In this document: positions 37,637-50,826 of the stretch, one piece after another | How positions within the stretch are numbered: the first letter of the stretch is position 1 | Layout of the letters: the number at the start of each line of letters is the position of its first letter | The notes under the pieces: generated by a model | What the model was told of the DNA's origin: nothing | Database searches by the model: none | The model's input: the letters and a program-made list of their open reading frames with translations, nothing else | Made by a program: the position numbers and the translations under genes | Source of the DNA: Balanoglossus misakiensis | Taxonomy: Eukaryota > Animalia > Hemichordata | Assembly: GCA_040954595.2 (NCBI GenBank) | Contig: JBECUI020000040.1 | Span: 1-64,000, forward strand | Direction of reading: 5' to 3' | DNA: 64,000 nucleotides

Positions 37637-39418
37637 GCACCTTACGCCTTAGGGTTTTATCTAGGGTTCCCGAAGAACCCAGAAGTTCCACATTGGAGCG
37701 CGCTCTGGTTAGGGCCGTGTAAAGTATTTCCCGGGTTAGAAGTTCCCCTGCAGTTTCGGGCAACACGATGATCACCTTGTTAAATTCTGAGCCCTGACTC
37801 TTATGAATTGTTTGGACCCAAGCGGCTTCCCAACCAGGAAGGGTCGCAAGGGGAAAGGAACGATAAGCATTGCCAACCGAAAGAAAACTTTGGGAACTCC
37901 TCTGAGCAGCAGAATCAGACCCCGGTCGCCATTGGAAAATCCTCGTTCCCGGTCATTGCCTGTAAGAATAATGGGCATGCTCCCAGAAGAGGTTTCCCTC
38001 TTCCCAGAATCTCCTTAATTCTTCGATTCAGAGCTTCCACTCCGTAAGATCCCCGGCGGAGGGGAGAAAGAACTGTCAGATTTTCATAAAATTGGAACCA
38101 GGCTTCAAGATCTTTTCAGGGACAGAGACTGAGGAAAATTCCCCGCTCCCGGGGGGGGAGTCGTAAGCTCCAGCGAGGGAGACCGCCAGAGCTTCGGGGC
38201 GGGGGAGAGCTCTGCGTAGAAGAAACGGAGAGGAGGCCAGGGCCTCCAGGGCCTTGCTATCTCCCGCCTTTACAGCGGCGGCTCCCTGAAGTATGGGCTT
38301 TGTTGGAACGGTAGACCTTGGTTAGTTTGAGAACGTTTTGTGCCAAGGGACTCCCCGGCAAGGAAGAACCAGCCAAAAGGTCTCCCAGAAGGGCTCCCAC
38401 TCCCACCGAGGGAAGTTGGTCTGGATCTCCTACCAAAACCAGCGAAGCCCGCGGCGGAAGGGCCTTGAGCAAATGATTCATTAGGGAAAGCTCCACCATA
38501 GAGGCCTCATCCACCACCACAAGATCTCTCTCCAAAGTCCGATGAGAACCGTAAAGGGGAGGGCGGTTCGGAACAAGCCGATGAGGAATGAAGGGTGGAA
38601 ACAGAAGCCTCGGAAACCAGATCGGGGTCCAAGCTTTCAACGAGCCGTGCTGCTGCCCGACCGGTTGGAGCAGCCAGGGCGAAGTTCAGAGGAGGCAGAG
38701 CCGCCTCCCGACGTCCTGAATGCAGCAATCTGAGAAGTTGTGTTGTGGCCCTGGTCTTTCCTGTTCCCGGGCCTCCGGCCAGGATCAAAAAGCGCTGTCC
38801 CTGGCAAAGCAGGGAAGCCAGCTTCCCTTCAGGAGAATCGGTATCCAGAGAAGAAGGCAGGGGAAAGAGAGAAGTTTGCTGCCTTCTTGAACCAAGCCGT
38901 GACTCCAGAGAAGCAAGAAAAAATCTTCTTGACGCCGTCTTCGTAGAAGATAGACAAAGCGGCCATCGGGGGTCAGCACAAAGGGGGACGGGGAAAAGGC
39001 AGGCTGTCTACTCGGCTGTCCTCCGAAGGAAGGTTCTGGAAAAGCCGGGGATTCTCCTGGATAAGCTTAGAACAGCAAGCCGCCAGCCTGGCAGGAAACT
39101 CCCGAGACATTTCAGGTGGAGGCAGTCCTTCTTCGTCTAGAAACCAGATGGGCATCTCCTCACTCAGGGCCTGTAAGTCGCTGCGGACATGCCCGCTACC
39201 CGCCTGGATGAGAATGTGCAAAAGCAGAAAGGGGAGTTCCAGGCCGGGACTATCTCCCGCTTCTCCGCCATGGCCAGGGCAAGATAGATCCGGAACCAGG
39301 ACCAACCCTGCTTTTTTGCCCCCTGAATAAGAATGTTCCCTTCTTTCAAAGCGCTGGGAGAGCAGAGAGGAAAGGTGCCATTCCAGGGCTGCGGCTTCAG
39401 GACTTCAGAACGATTCAT
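37575..39418 (-). CDS. recD: Exodeoxyribonuclease V alpha subunit, frameshifted in the assembly
   Basis: GGPGTGKT, AAPTGRAAARL, VVDEASMV, LVGDPDQLPSVG, NGDRG and RELLYTA-like (REILYTALTRAR) motifs in successive fragments. Confidence 0.88.
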
Positions 39419-42400
39419 AGAAGAAACTCCGAGTATCCCAAGGCTTCAAACCAAGGACGCATTTCACTGGAATCGGGGTGGATGGAATAAATTCCCCGCT
39501 GGTCTCTTTCTCGGGTTCCACGCACAAAACAATAAAGGACTCCCCCTATTTCCCTGTCCCAGTCCACTGGAGTCCCCCGTAATTTTGCCAGCTGGCAGAC
39601 CAGGGCCAGCAGATAAATACGATATTGTAAATCGTAGTGATGCTCCTGCATCATCTGCTTGAGCATGGGGATTTCGTAGACCTCTTCGTCCAGGAATACG
39701 GTGGGAACGTTGGTCTTCCAGTCCGCCACCCACCAACGTCCCTCGTGCTGGAAAAATAGATCGATGAACCCTTTTAAAAATCCCTTTCGGAGCCGAAAGG
39801 AGCTGCCTGTCTCTATTATGGTGGCGGCCCGGGGAATGAACAGAAGAAACTCCGTTTCGACCCGCCGCTTGTGGGCCTCGAGCTCACAGAGCCGAAGACC
39901 TTCTAGTACCGGAGCCCGCAGGGTCTGCCAAATCAAAGTTTTAAGTTCGTTCTTCCTGGTCAGGTACCAGGCTAAGGGGAAATGCTTTTGAGAGATTGTC
40001 TCAAAAAATTTCTCCACACTGAGGTCAGCCTGGAACTCCTCAGACTTAAATTCCGGACCAGGACATAGTCGATCTCCTCAAACAAGGCATGAATTAAGGT
40101 GCCAAAAAGGGTGCCCCTGTCTTGGGCTAGGAGGATTTCTTCTCCCTCGACAGATCCGGGAAGAAAGGACTCGCTTAAGGTGGCTATCGACATCCCTGCC
40201 CTCCTCCGGTTCAGAGATTTTAAAGAGATGTCCTGCCAGAGAGCTGTAGCTGCTGGTATGGAAGCCTCTCTCAGCAAGGTCATCGGCGGGCAGAGGGGCA
40301 AGAATGAGAGGGAATCGTCTCGAAGAGCCGAAAGAGGGCTTGGGGGGGCGACTCCGGGCCAGGGTGAAATAATCTGGATGGGCAGAGATTACATGTTCCA
40401 GAAAAGTACTGAGGAACTTTTTCGCCTCGAGAGCTTCTTCTTTTCTGGTGTAGTAGTGCTGTAGGGAACCTGAGCCCAGGGATCGTTCGGGGTCAAAGGC
40501 TGCAAACAGGGATTCCACCGCCAAAAACTGCTTGCCAAGGGGACGGGGGAATCCCAAACCCGTTCTATGGCCCGGGTAAAGGCTACATACCAAAGCCGTT
40601 TCTGTTCTTCCCAGGCATAGGCCCGGTGAGATTCCTCATTGTTTCTGCGGCAGAGATAGTCCACCACCAGGGATTCCCCTTCCACAAAGTGCCAGGGCTC
40701 GCCTGTTTTTTTGCTCCCAAGATGGGTCCGAAGTCCCCCATGAATAAAGACCAGGGGAAACTGCAACCCCTTGGCAGCATGCATGGTCATGACCTTGACA
40801 GCTGCATCCTCACGTTCCAGCCTGAGAGCATTGTTGGCTTCTCCAGAAGCGCTTTCCTCCTGCTCCCGCATCCACAGAAGGAGAGCCCGGGGAGAGTTTT
40901 GCCCAGTCATCTGCCGTTCCTGAAGAAGCTCCAGGAGATGGTGGTAATCCGTCCAAAGCCGTTCGCCACCATTTTCGGCGAGTATCCGAATAGGCCAGGC
41001 CTGAGCAATTCGATGGCACTCATCAGGTTCGGCCCCAGCCTCCCGCGCCCAAAGGCTTAGCACTGGAGCCATGGCAAAAAGTTTCTCCACTCCAAGAATC
41101 AGATTTCCTTCTTCAGTGAACGCCGCCAGAGAGCCCGAATTCCGCCAGTTCATCCAAATGTCCCATCTTCTCCAAAGCTTCCAGTACTGGAGGCGAAATC
41201 CGAAAAAGGGACCCAGGAGAAGGGAGCGCCAATTCCCAGGAGATCGGGGACTGGCCAGTATTTTCAGATAGGTACGGAAGAAAGGAAGAACCGGCGAGCT
41301 AAAAACAGAAAGATTGCGGTAACGGAGCGCCGCAACCCCAAAGCTTTGCAGCAACTCCAGGACCTCTGTTTCTTCCTGCCCCCTTTCACAAAGGACAGCT
41401 ATGTCCGAGGCTGAAATTGGCCTCTTCTTGCCATCAGGGAAGAGCCAGAAGTTTTCATGCGCCGGGTTCAGCAGATAAAGAATCTCTGCAACAATTCCCT
41501 CAGACCAGCTGCGCCGGATATCGGGGAGTTTCTCTCCCTCCAGGGCTACAAAGGTAATGGGACTACCCTTTTGAGGGCTGATTAGAAGAGGCAAATCCCG
41601 GGCACCGGCATGCACGGGTTTGAAATTCATGGAATCCTCACCTCCTCCAGACTCAGAGAAAACCGCTCCGAAAAGTTGGTTTACAGCCTGGACCAACGCT
41701 GCGCTGGAACGGTAATTGGTTCCCAGACGGTAGCGTCGTTCCAGAGAAACGGTTCTGCTAGCCCGGTGGTAGGCCTGCAAGTCAGTGCCCCGGAAGCCAT
41801 AAATGGATTGCTTGGGGTCACCTATGAGTACCAGGAGATGGTCTTTATCGGCAAAAAGTCTACGGAAGATCTCCCACTGTCGGGGATCAGTGTCCTGAAA
41901 CTCATCAATCAGGGCAGCCTTAAATCGCCGTTGCAAAATTGAAACCAGGGCGGGACGAGCCTTTTCTCCCGTACAAATCTCCGCCACCCGGCGCACCAAA
42001 TCTGTAAAACTCCAAACGCCCGACTCGTCCTTGCGTTGCTCCACCTTCCGGCTCAATTCCTTAACAGCCCTGAGACGAAAGGCCAGAGCTTGGACCTGCT
42101 CATCAATGCGGTGTTCGATGTCACCCCAGTCTACCAGGGGCCCCAGGGCTTTTAGGAACTCCCTAAGGTTCCTGACCCAGTCCCCCTCAGCCTCGGAGCG
42201 GGCCACATTAAGAAGAGAAGAGAAATGTCTGTTGAGGCCAAGTCCTGCAGGATCGCCCCACAGGGCATCCATAAGCTCTTGAAAGCTCTCCGCCCGGAGA
42301 CAGACTTCTCTGTGAAGGTGGATTTTTTCCAGAACTGCCGAAGTTTTTCCCCGTTTGCTCATTTCAGCGTCAATGAGGGCCTGGTTGATTTCCTTGTCAG

Positions 42401-43064
42401 TCCCAGGGAGACCCAAGCCAGGCATCACGGGCCCTGAGAAGATCTCCTTTGCCCCCATTGAATTCTTCTACCAAATCCTTCACCCACGAAAGCTCCTCCT
42501 CGTTGGGTTGGATGATTGCCCCGGGGGCTATGGACTCATCATTCAGATCTCCAACCAAGATCTGGATCATCTCTTCCACATTTTTACAACTGTTGCGGAA
42601 GGCTCGCAGGGACTCTTTTTCCCATCCCTTCAAGTCCAGCGTTGCCAAATAGTCCCTTAGCACCTCGATCTCAGGAGAATTAATGGGATCCAGTGTCTGT
42701 TCAAAGGGAGAACCGCTTTCAAGGGGCCAGGTACGCAGGACATAGCGGCAGAAACCATGAATGGTGTGTATGGGAGCCATGTCAAAGTCCAGCAGGGCCC
42801 GACGGTAACGCCTTTTCTCGGTCGGGGGAAGCTTTCGTCGGCCGCATTGGCTTCCAGCAGCATTCTAATGCGTTCCCGCATTTCCACGGCCGCACGTTCT
42901 GTAAAAGTGACCACAAGAATTTCTTCGATTTTTAAAGGCGATTCTCCCTGAACCAAGAGTCGGGAGACCATTCTTTCAAGGGCAATAGGTCTTCCCCGTT
43001 CCTGCGAGGCCTCCAGGAGCAGAGAACCCTTAAGGGGGAAGTCTTCTGGATTGTAGACAGTCAT
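39415..43064 (-). CDS. recB: Exodeoxyribonuclease V beta subunit, frameshifted in the assembly
   Basis: ILVVTFTERAA, TIHGFC, LIDEFQDTD, IGDPKQSIYGFRG, TMHAAKGL, YVAFTRA and the C-terminal nuclease GFIDL..DWKTN..YDLQY. Confidence 0.9.
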
Positions 43065-46000
43065 GGGTACATATGGCGAAGCCCCTCTCGGAGCCAGGTC
43101 TGGAGAAGTCTGGAGCGGCAGGGAAGTAATGACCTCGATAGGGACAGTCCCGGGGGAGACTGGTAAAGAAAGTTTCCGTCATCAGTTCCCTCCAACTTTT
43201 TTTCGGCAATCTGAAGAAAATCTTCCTTATCGGCAAGACCTCTGAGCTTCTCAGCCCATTCAGGATAAAGGGGAATCGGTTCGGTTAAACCCGCAAGGTA
43301 GAGTTCCACCAGAGCTTGCAGACTCCGCCGGGGATGAGGCAGGGCCAGCTTCCCCCTGCCTTCCACTTGCTGTCTGTAACAATAGGACCGAACAGGATAA
43401 TTTCCCTTGCCAAGGCGAAACAGACGAAACTCCTGTAGGTTCGAAGGAGGGAGAACCGGCCCCAGACAAAGGGCTGTTACCCAGCTCTGCAAATGATGCC
43501 TGGCCTGAGGAGGAACGGAATCAATAAACTCCAGTCGTACAGCACATCTTTCTGATTCCGAAGTACCCGAAGACCGGGAATGTCTCCCACCACCGTAACA
43601 GAGTTCCTGCCAGCACGAAGAAAGCGGGGGGCAGGAACTTCCCAGATATTCTCTTCAGGAGACGGGCCATCCAGGAGTTCTGCAAGCGAAGGACTCAGGC
43701 GCAAGGTCATAGTAGGGCCAGTTTCCAGTCCTTTATTCCGGAGTGAGGCTAGCTGTCGGGCCATGGCTTTTACATCTTCCTCTTGTTTTTTCTCCTGGAA
43801 CTCTCCAAGAAGGCCCTCAGCCACCGCCCCACTCAGTTTAAGATGTCTTTGGAAGTCCTTTACAAGCTGCTCCTCCTCTTCCAGGGCCTCGGGATTGTTT
43901 TCCACCACCTGTTTTTTCCAGTTCCACCAAAGCAGGTAGTCAGGCTCCAGAATGTCCCCCTCCCAATAGTTCCGTTCTTCTTGGAAGGTTGGGACCCCCA
44001 TGCGTCGGAGGTAAAAAGTCTTTACTGGATTTTTGAGAAAATTCAGAAGCTCCACCCAGCTTATTTTCAGGTCCTCGGTTTCCGCTTGCCAAGGGGATAG
44101 GGGGGGGGAGAGTGAGGGATAGACGGGGGCCCGCTGCGCCTGGCCATGGCAAGGTCCAAGACCTCGGGATCGCTGCTGGAGCAGGGCCCCAGACCCTTTA
44201 AATTCTGTGGGTCATAGGGGACCAGAGGATGACCTATGGTCAAGTCTTTCCGGGCTCTTCCCCTCCCCTCTCCAGCGACAGCATAAATATTGTCATCCAA
44301 AGCTGAATAAAGCTCTTGAAGAGAAAGCGCCGGGGGGCGCGGCTCTCCGCTACTTGGATCGCGACCCACATAGGAGAAAGTCAAACTTTCCTTGGCGGAA
44401 AACAGAGTTTCCAGAAAGGCGTAATGATCCATATTCTCCCCGGAAACATCGATGAGCCTGCCTTGAATCCTTTCCCTAAGATTGTAACTTGGTAGATATT
44501 CCCGTCTCGGGCCAGGCCCCTTCTTCATCCCCAATACATGCAAATGCCGGAGGGAATGGCCCTCAGAGGCTTTAGCGAAGCGCAGAGGACACCTTCTCCC
44601 CGAGAATCTCCTTGCCACCATGCTTTAACAGAAAGTTTCTCCATGAGGAGGGTTCGGAAGGCCGTAAAACTAATTTCAGGACTGGCAAAATCCTTCATCT
44701 CAGCCACCTGCTCAGAAAGAATCAAAAGTTCCCGAATAACATTCTGAAACTGCCGGTGGTGGGAATTCATCCATTCTGTGTCCATCCCGAGGGCAAAGCC
44801 AGGTATTCACCAGGTTCGCTCCCAGAACTGACCAGTCCTGCAAAGACAGACGGCGATTCTTCAGAGACCCAAAATCTGCATAGAGATCCCGGAGCAACTT
44901 CATAAGGAGACCCGCCGCCTCGGCATAGGACTCCCCTTCTAAAGATGCCGGGTAAAGTTCTTCCAAATCCTCTTCCTCCCAGAGGTACGCAACCAAAAGT
45001 CGAGAAAAGGCAAACTCCCAGGAGCCCGTTTTTTCGTCACTGGCTCCATTTTGTCGGCGGTGATCCGCATCTACTCCCCAGCGGACATTGAGTTCCTCCA
45101 CCCATTTCCACCAGTTTTCCACCACTTCCCCATCCACTCCCAAGGCGGCGGCAAAGCAGGGGTTCTCAGCCAGATCAAGAATACTGCCGCAGCCAAAACG
45201 TCCCTGGGGAAGATCAAAAAGAGCTGTAATGCCCTCCGGATAGGGAGCATGGACTCCAGAATCCACATCGTTGAACCTGTAGAGGAGATCCCCCGGCAAC
45301 CTTTCTCCACTCTGGGGATCTCGACGGGGAAACACTGCTTGGATAATGGGGACATAGGGGGTAATATCCGGTGCCAGAACGCCAATGCTGGAGGGTGCAA
45401 GACTGGGGTCTTCTCTGAGGGAACGGAGGATTTGTTCCTTGACTACCTCCACCTCCCGGCGGCGGTTGGCAAGTACATGAAAGGTAAGGTTCGCCTCGCC
45501 GGAGGCAGGAGGGCCCTCTCCATCGGGGGCATCATTGATCAGAATTTGGCGAAAACGGTCCAGAAGGCTCCCCTGCCCTTCGGGGAAAGTCCAGTCATAC
45601 CATACTTCCTTAAGAGTTTTTTCCCCTGTAAAGGCAGAGAAACCACGGATAAGCTTCCCGATCTGTGCAGGATTTCCAGATTTTCTTCAGCTTGGACTTG
45701 GAGGTCTTCCCACCTTCGGCAACATTTTTGTAGGCCATGGAGGGAGTAAGCAGATAATGATGCACTTCAATATCCCGAGCCAGATAATGCAGAAATTCCA
45801 GACCTTTCTCCCCTAAAAACACCGATCCGAATAGAATGACCCGCCGGTATTGGCCGCTGTACTTCACCTTAGAGGCCATCAAGGAAGTCAGATGGCGGCT
45901 TAGATAGGTGTAGGGAGCCTCAGAATGAAAATTCTTCTCCATAAAAGCCTCTGCCAGACCTCGTGGGAACGATCTTCGGGCCGGCAACCTGGGTAGGTCC

Positions 46001-46462
46001 TGTTCTCTTCCCAGGCCTCCACCAGGGGCAGGCAGTTCATGCCATAATGGGAAAAAAGCTTCCCAACAGCATCGGCAAGAGAACCAGCCTGTCCTCCCGG
46101 GGAGGAGAACCTACGTAAGCGCTCAGAGCGGTGTAGGCATCTTCGCCGGAACTCAAGGCTTCTTCCAGTGCTTTGAGAGATACTATTTTTAAGCCATCAG
46201 GAAAAAGAATGGAGCGGGAAGCTTCTTCCCTTATGTAACCTGAGGCCAGCAGGCAAAGAGCCATTTCAGACAAGGCCGTTTCCAGTCCCATAAGCACCCC
46301 GGTACGCCAGGCCAGTTCCCGTTTCAGCCATTCACTGAGTCCTGCGTTTTGCAGAATAATCAGAACGTCCTGCGCTAAGGGATCCGAGGGCAGAAAACCA
46401 GCTATTCCCCTATCCAGAAAGGTCTCCAGCCGGGGAGATTGATACAGGTAATAACCGGGCAT
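43061..46462 (-). CDS. recC: Exodeoxyribonuclease V gamma subunit, frameshifted in the assembly
   Basis: LYQSPRLE, WLKRELA, VLAPDITPYVPIIQAVF, VRWG, LKPLRAIP and FLKNPVKTF fragments; recC-recB-recD order with 4-bp overlaps. Confidence 0.85.
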
Positions 46463-46633
46463 AGAATCATCCTACAGGATCCTAGATCCAGCTTCCACAA
46501 AAAGATTTTCAGATAAGCCGCCTTCTGAGGAATTTTCTTAGTGCTGCGCTGTGAAAATCATTCTTCAGGCTCCCAGAAAGGCCGCAGGAAGAACTGGACA
46601 GATTGACAGGGAGACTACGATGACAACAGAGAC

Positions 46634-46957
46634 TTAAGGATCTTTTTTTGCTTCTCTCTCTAAAGTCTTCTCCACTTCCTTGTCGATCATCCGCTGCATG
46701 ATGGAGGAATTATAGAGAAAAACACACAAACCATGAGATGTCACACCAATTTCCCAGCCCAGCATAGGCCAGATAAACCAAAGGTAGCCAGATCTACTAT
46801 TGGTGCTTAAGTTTACAATGATGAGTATAACATTGATCGCTATATAGATAAAAAAATGAGCATAAAATCCCAGTTTTACTCTTACTTGCCGCCTAGCCCT
46901 ATTGTAGGCTTCTTGCCTATCCATTTTTTCAATCTCCTTGCTTGTATTCTTGGGCAT
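46634..46957 (-). CDS. 2TM domain-containing membrane protein
   Basis: AYNRARRQV..GFYAHF..Y..IN and WFIWPMLGW motifs. Confidence 0.8.
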   Translation of the reverse strand: MPKNTSKEIEKMDRQEAYNRARRQVRVKLGFYAHFFIYIAINVILIIVNLSTNSRSGYLWFIWPMLGWEIGVTSHGLCVFLYNSSIMQRMIDKEVEKTLEREAKKDP

Positions 46958-47107
46958 CGTAAAAAAAAGTCAAGATCTTCCTGCTTTAATCTAGAGAGTT
47001 GTTTCTAAGCATTCTTCTTAACGTACATCCAAGTCCTTCCATCCTGAGAACAAGGTGAGGGCGGATCCTGCCTTAGCTAGCCAGAGAGCTAAGACGAATC
47101 TTCACAT

Positions 47108-48451
47108 TCAAGTCAGATGCGTTAGGAAACTAGCCCTGGTCAAGAAGAGTGATCTCGGCTTCATCTTCCAGGAGCTGGGGAACAAAGAAGATACGAATAG
47201 GGTAGATGAACTGATCAGAAGAAACCAGCATACGCTCCACTTCCTGGGGAGGAACAAAAAGAAGCCGCAGTCCCCCATTTTCAAAACCGTAGAGAAAGTT
47301 AAGCATCTGCCCACTGTCAAAGCGAAAGGTTAGAACACCCTCATGGTTGTCGGCAATCTGAAGATCCATAAAATGGTCAAAACTGATAATCCCAGTCGAT
47401 CCAGTATCCGCTGAAACCATGTTCCGGGAGATAAGAGAGGATTTGCCGATCCAGACGAACGCCCGGTCTCATCAAAGCTTAACTCACCGTAGGAACGACT
47501 TCTGTAGAGGTTTCCCAGGGCAATAAAATCTTTCAGAGTCTTCATGCGCCGGGAAACTTCCTGTTCAATGAGTTCCTTCACTTCTCCTTCCAGACGAATA
47601 AATACCTTGTTCAGTTCTTTGCCCTCAGCAATGTACTGAACGCTGGCAAACCGGAAGGCGGTAGGGTCACCCTGAAACTGGTTCCCACAAAATCGTAGCG
47701 GTTGCGGCCTAAGGAAACCGTCTTTGTCCAGGTCTCTATGACTTCGTGCTCCTGATTGCGTAGGGTAAGGGTCTTCTTTTCTCTGTCAAAAATAGGCCGT
47801 ATTCCTCCCGAAAACTCCTCAGGTCGATTCGCCTTCCCGAAACCATAGAGGCATAATAATCTGGTCGCCAAGGAGCAGAAAAGAAGTCCTCCAGGATGGG
47901 ATCCGTGGTTTCTTCTTCGTTAAGATAAACTCGTTTCTTCCTTCCTTGCGGAAAACTCTCAAATAGTAGTCAAAACCGTAGGCTTCCAGTCCACTTTCCG
48001 TAAGGAGATGATACCAATGCCCTTCCAGGGTGTCGGCTACAGTAACCAATTCGCCTTCTTGTTTTAGAACCTTGAGGATCTCCCCGTCCCGAAGTTTGTA
48101 GACCTGATCGGCAGTGGAGGATGGCTCGGTGCGCAGGGGAAGCCCCTGCCGGGTGGATTCGGCATAGATATCCTTCCACGGGAGGTACTGAGGAAGCCAT
48201 TTCTCAGCATCTTTTGCCTTGGAGAAAAAACGAAGCCGCCAGGTATCTAATTCCGCTTTTTCACGGGTTTCCGGATCGGTGATAATGTAGGATGAACGCA
48301 GCCGGGATTCGTCGTTGATGGTCAGGAGATCTCCAGCCTCCCATTGTCCATCTTCAGGAGGCCAAAGAACAATTCCAGTACCTAGGCGGGAACAACCTAA
48401 TGGAAACCAAAGGAGAACAAAGGGCACGAGGAATCGAAGGATTGTCAACAT
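47108..48451 (-). CDS. SH3-like domain putative lipoprotein, frameshifted (end approximate)
   Basis: LGC lipobox and LPLRTEP..YKLRDGEILKVL..WY SH3b-like segment; continuing minus-strand fragments to about 47110. Confidence 0.55.
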
Positions 48452-48651
48452 AGAGAAACTCCCAGCCTATTAAAACGGAACTTCTACACTTGGTCAATGA
48501 GGGAAAGCCAGAGAAGAATAAGGAACAAGGGGGGAAAGCAGGGAGGTTCCTAAGAGATTTTGCATACAAGGAACTGAGGCAGAGTTGTTTCATGCCTTGC
48601 TTTTCGCCTCCAAATCCGGGTTTCCCTTTGTAAGGAGGAAGAATGCTTTCT

Positions 48652-49518
48652 TTAAAATTTTAGGTTTCTAAGGGAACCTTCCCTATCTAAGGCAGGGTTG
48701 AATCGCTGATAATAAGGATGCGCCCTTCCTGAAGAATGCGACGCCCCGAGGGGGCCGTTAAAAGCTGCCGGACTGCCCTCTTCCGATATAATAAGATCAA
48801 AGGCTGTCTCGTCGTAGGCCCCTCTAGCCATCACACGATAGGGACGACGTCCACCCTCTCACCAAAGTTATCCCGTTCGGATAGGGAAGCATAGGCGGCA
48901 ACTCCCAAGAGCTCAAATTCTCCGATTTGACGATCCTGGAACCAGCAAGAACGCTGAAGTCCGGAGCAAGTATTCGGGGCAGTAGGACTGGCCCCGACGC
49001 TACCTTACGCCTTGTCCCTGAAGGGGAAGCTCTTGGGGAAGATAAATAACAAGTCCTGTCCAATCATCTTGGGGTACAGGCACCCACCCCAAAGGTTCCT
49101 TGGGCAGGGGAAGGCCCCTCTCCATGGAAATGAGACTGGACAGGAGAGGAAAAGATCCAGACGGTAACGGGCCTCCACGGCAGAATGGTCCAGGCTGAGC
49201 CGACTCCATTCCCGTACCAAAAGATCCCCAACCTTTTCCATACCCTGCGCCAATTCGGGGTTGAGCAAAAGGCGCTCTCCAATGGTTTGGGCTTCTTCCA
49301 GAGGAAGTTCACGGAGAATGGCATGCAGCTGGACATTGAGTTCCTGTTCCAGAAGTTCCAGGGTAAAAGGATGATCCCTGGGGAAGAATTCCTTCTTCCA
49401 GGGGCCGATGGGCCATAAGGAAGAGTCTCCCATGGCCCCAGTCTATTTCTATATCCACCGTAGTAGAGGCCCCTAGAAAGGAAGGTAGAAAAAATAAAAA
49501 AAGAACCTTAAGGTTCAC
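48652..49518 (-). CDS. Hypothetical exported protein, frameshifted
   Basis: Chain of overlapping minus-strand fragments beginning with a signal-like MNLKVLFLFFLPSFLGA. Confidence 0.5.
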
Positions 49519-49566
49519 GAGTTACCTCAGGCACAGTCAAAAAACTCCCAGCCCTCAACGGCCCAT

Positions 49567-50826
49567 TCAAAGGTCTGTGATTAGCTTCGGCAAGTTCCTC
49601 AGGCTAATACTGAAACGCCTGGCCAGATCCCACAGGGTATCTCCCGGCATAACCCTATAGCTCCCCGTCCATTGAGGGAGTTTATCATCGTCGGCTCCCG
49701 GAGGAGGAGGTCCCTTACCATCATGAGGAAGAAGTAGGCGCTGCCCAGTTCTCAGAAGTTCCGTGTTTCCATTATATCGAAGGAGATCGGCCGCAGCTAT
49801 ACCCGTCTTTGCAGAAATTATGGAAATGCTATCCCCCTGAACCACAGTGTAACGCCAGAAGCGATGGGGAGCATCCTCATCAAGAGAATCGAGCCAGGAC
49901 AGAAGAGATGGCAGCGCCTCCTCAGGCACCTTCAGGGCGTAGGGATTCAGTGGTGGAGGAGTCACAGGTAAACTCAGTTCCGCATGGGCCTGCCGAAGAA
50001 GCTCAGGAGATACAGGAAGCTGGGAACTCATTTCCGAAAAGGAAACTGCCCGGGTTAAAGGAACCCGGGACCAGAGAGGGGGAGGGGTCCAGGAGATGCT
50101 TAGTCCTTCTCTACCGGCTTGAGAAAGCAGCAAGGCAAGGGCTAGAATGCGGGGAATATAGGCCTGGGTTTCCGAAGGAAGGACTCCAGCCTCGTAAAGT
50201 CCCCAGAAATCAGAGATTCCTGTTTCTTTCTGAATTCTCGATAGTCGACTTAACCCGGCGTTATAGGCAGCCATGGCCAGGAGCCAGTCATTGGTCTTTC
50301 TATACAGAAAGGCCAGTTCTTCCAAGGCCGCTTCTGTGGAACGCCAGGGATCCCGCCGTTCATCCCGCCAGACATCGATAATGAGTTTACGGCTTTTAGC
50401 ACTGGCAGGAAGAAACTGCCAAGGGCCCACGGCTCCTGAGGAAGAAACCGCATCTACCCGCCAAGCCGACTCCACCATGGAAAGCCACTGGATTCCCGGA
50501 GGCATGTCGGCTTCTCTGATCTTGGCTGAGACCATGGACCGGAAGGGGAAAAACCTCTCCAGGGCCTCCTCGACAAAGTCCAACTCATTCCGCCATTTTT
50601 TTAACCAGAAGTCAATTTCCGGCCTTTCTTTAAAAGGGAGGGCCCAGACCTGCTGGGGGGCATGATGTTGCCGGGGGGGAAGGGCAAGCCAAGCCTGACC
50701 CGCAATGGGCAGAGCCCCCTGTTTGGGGGGAAGAGGCTCCGAAAACAAAGGAAACGGAAGGGACCCCAAGCAGAGGAGGAGAAAGCTTAGAGAGGTTCGC
50801 CGAAGTAAATTCCAGCCCATTCCCAC
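49567..50826 (-). CDS. MltD-like lytic transglycosylase with LysM domains (true stop probably at 49508 after a frameshift)
   Basis: VES, AVSSSGAVGPWQF, LAMAAYNAG and ETQAYIPR motifs; LysM YTVVQGDS and YRVMPGDTLWDLARRF. Confidence 0.88.
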   Translation of the reverse strand: MGMGWNLLRRTSLSFLLLCLGSLPFPLFSEPLPPKQGALPIAGQAWLALPPRQHHAPQQVWALPFKERPEIDFWLKKWRNELDFVEEALERFFPFRSMVSAKIREADMPPGIQWLSMVESAWRVDAVSSSGAVGPWQFLPASAKSRKLIIDVWRDERRDPWRSTEAALEELAFLYRKTNDWLLAMAAYNAGLSRLSRIQKETGISDFWGLYEAGVLPSETQAYIPRILALALLLSQAGREGLSISWTPPPLWSRVPLTRAVSFSEMSSQLPVSPELLRQAHAELSLPVTPPPLNPYALKVPEEALPSLLSWLDSLDEDAPHRFWRYTVVQGDSISIISAKTGIAAADLLRYNGNTELLRTGQRLLLPHDGKGPPPPGADDDKLPQWTGSYRVMPGDTLWDLARRFSISLRNLPKLITDL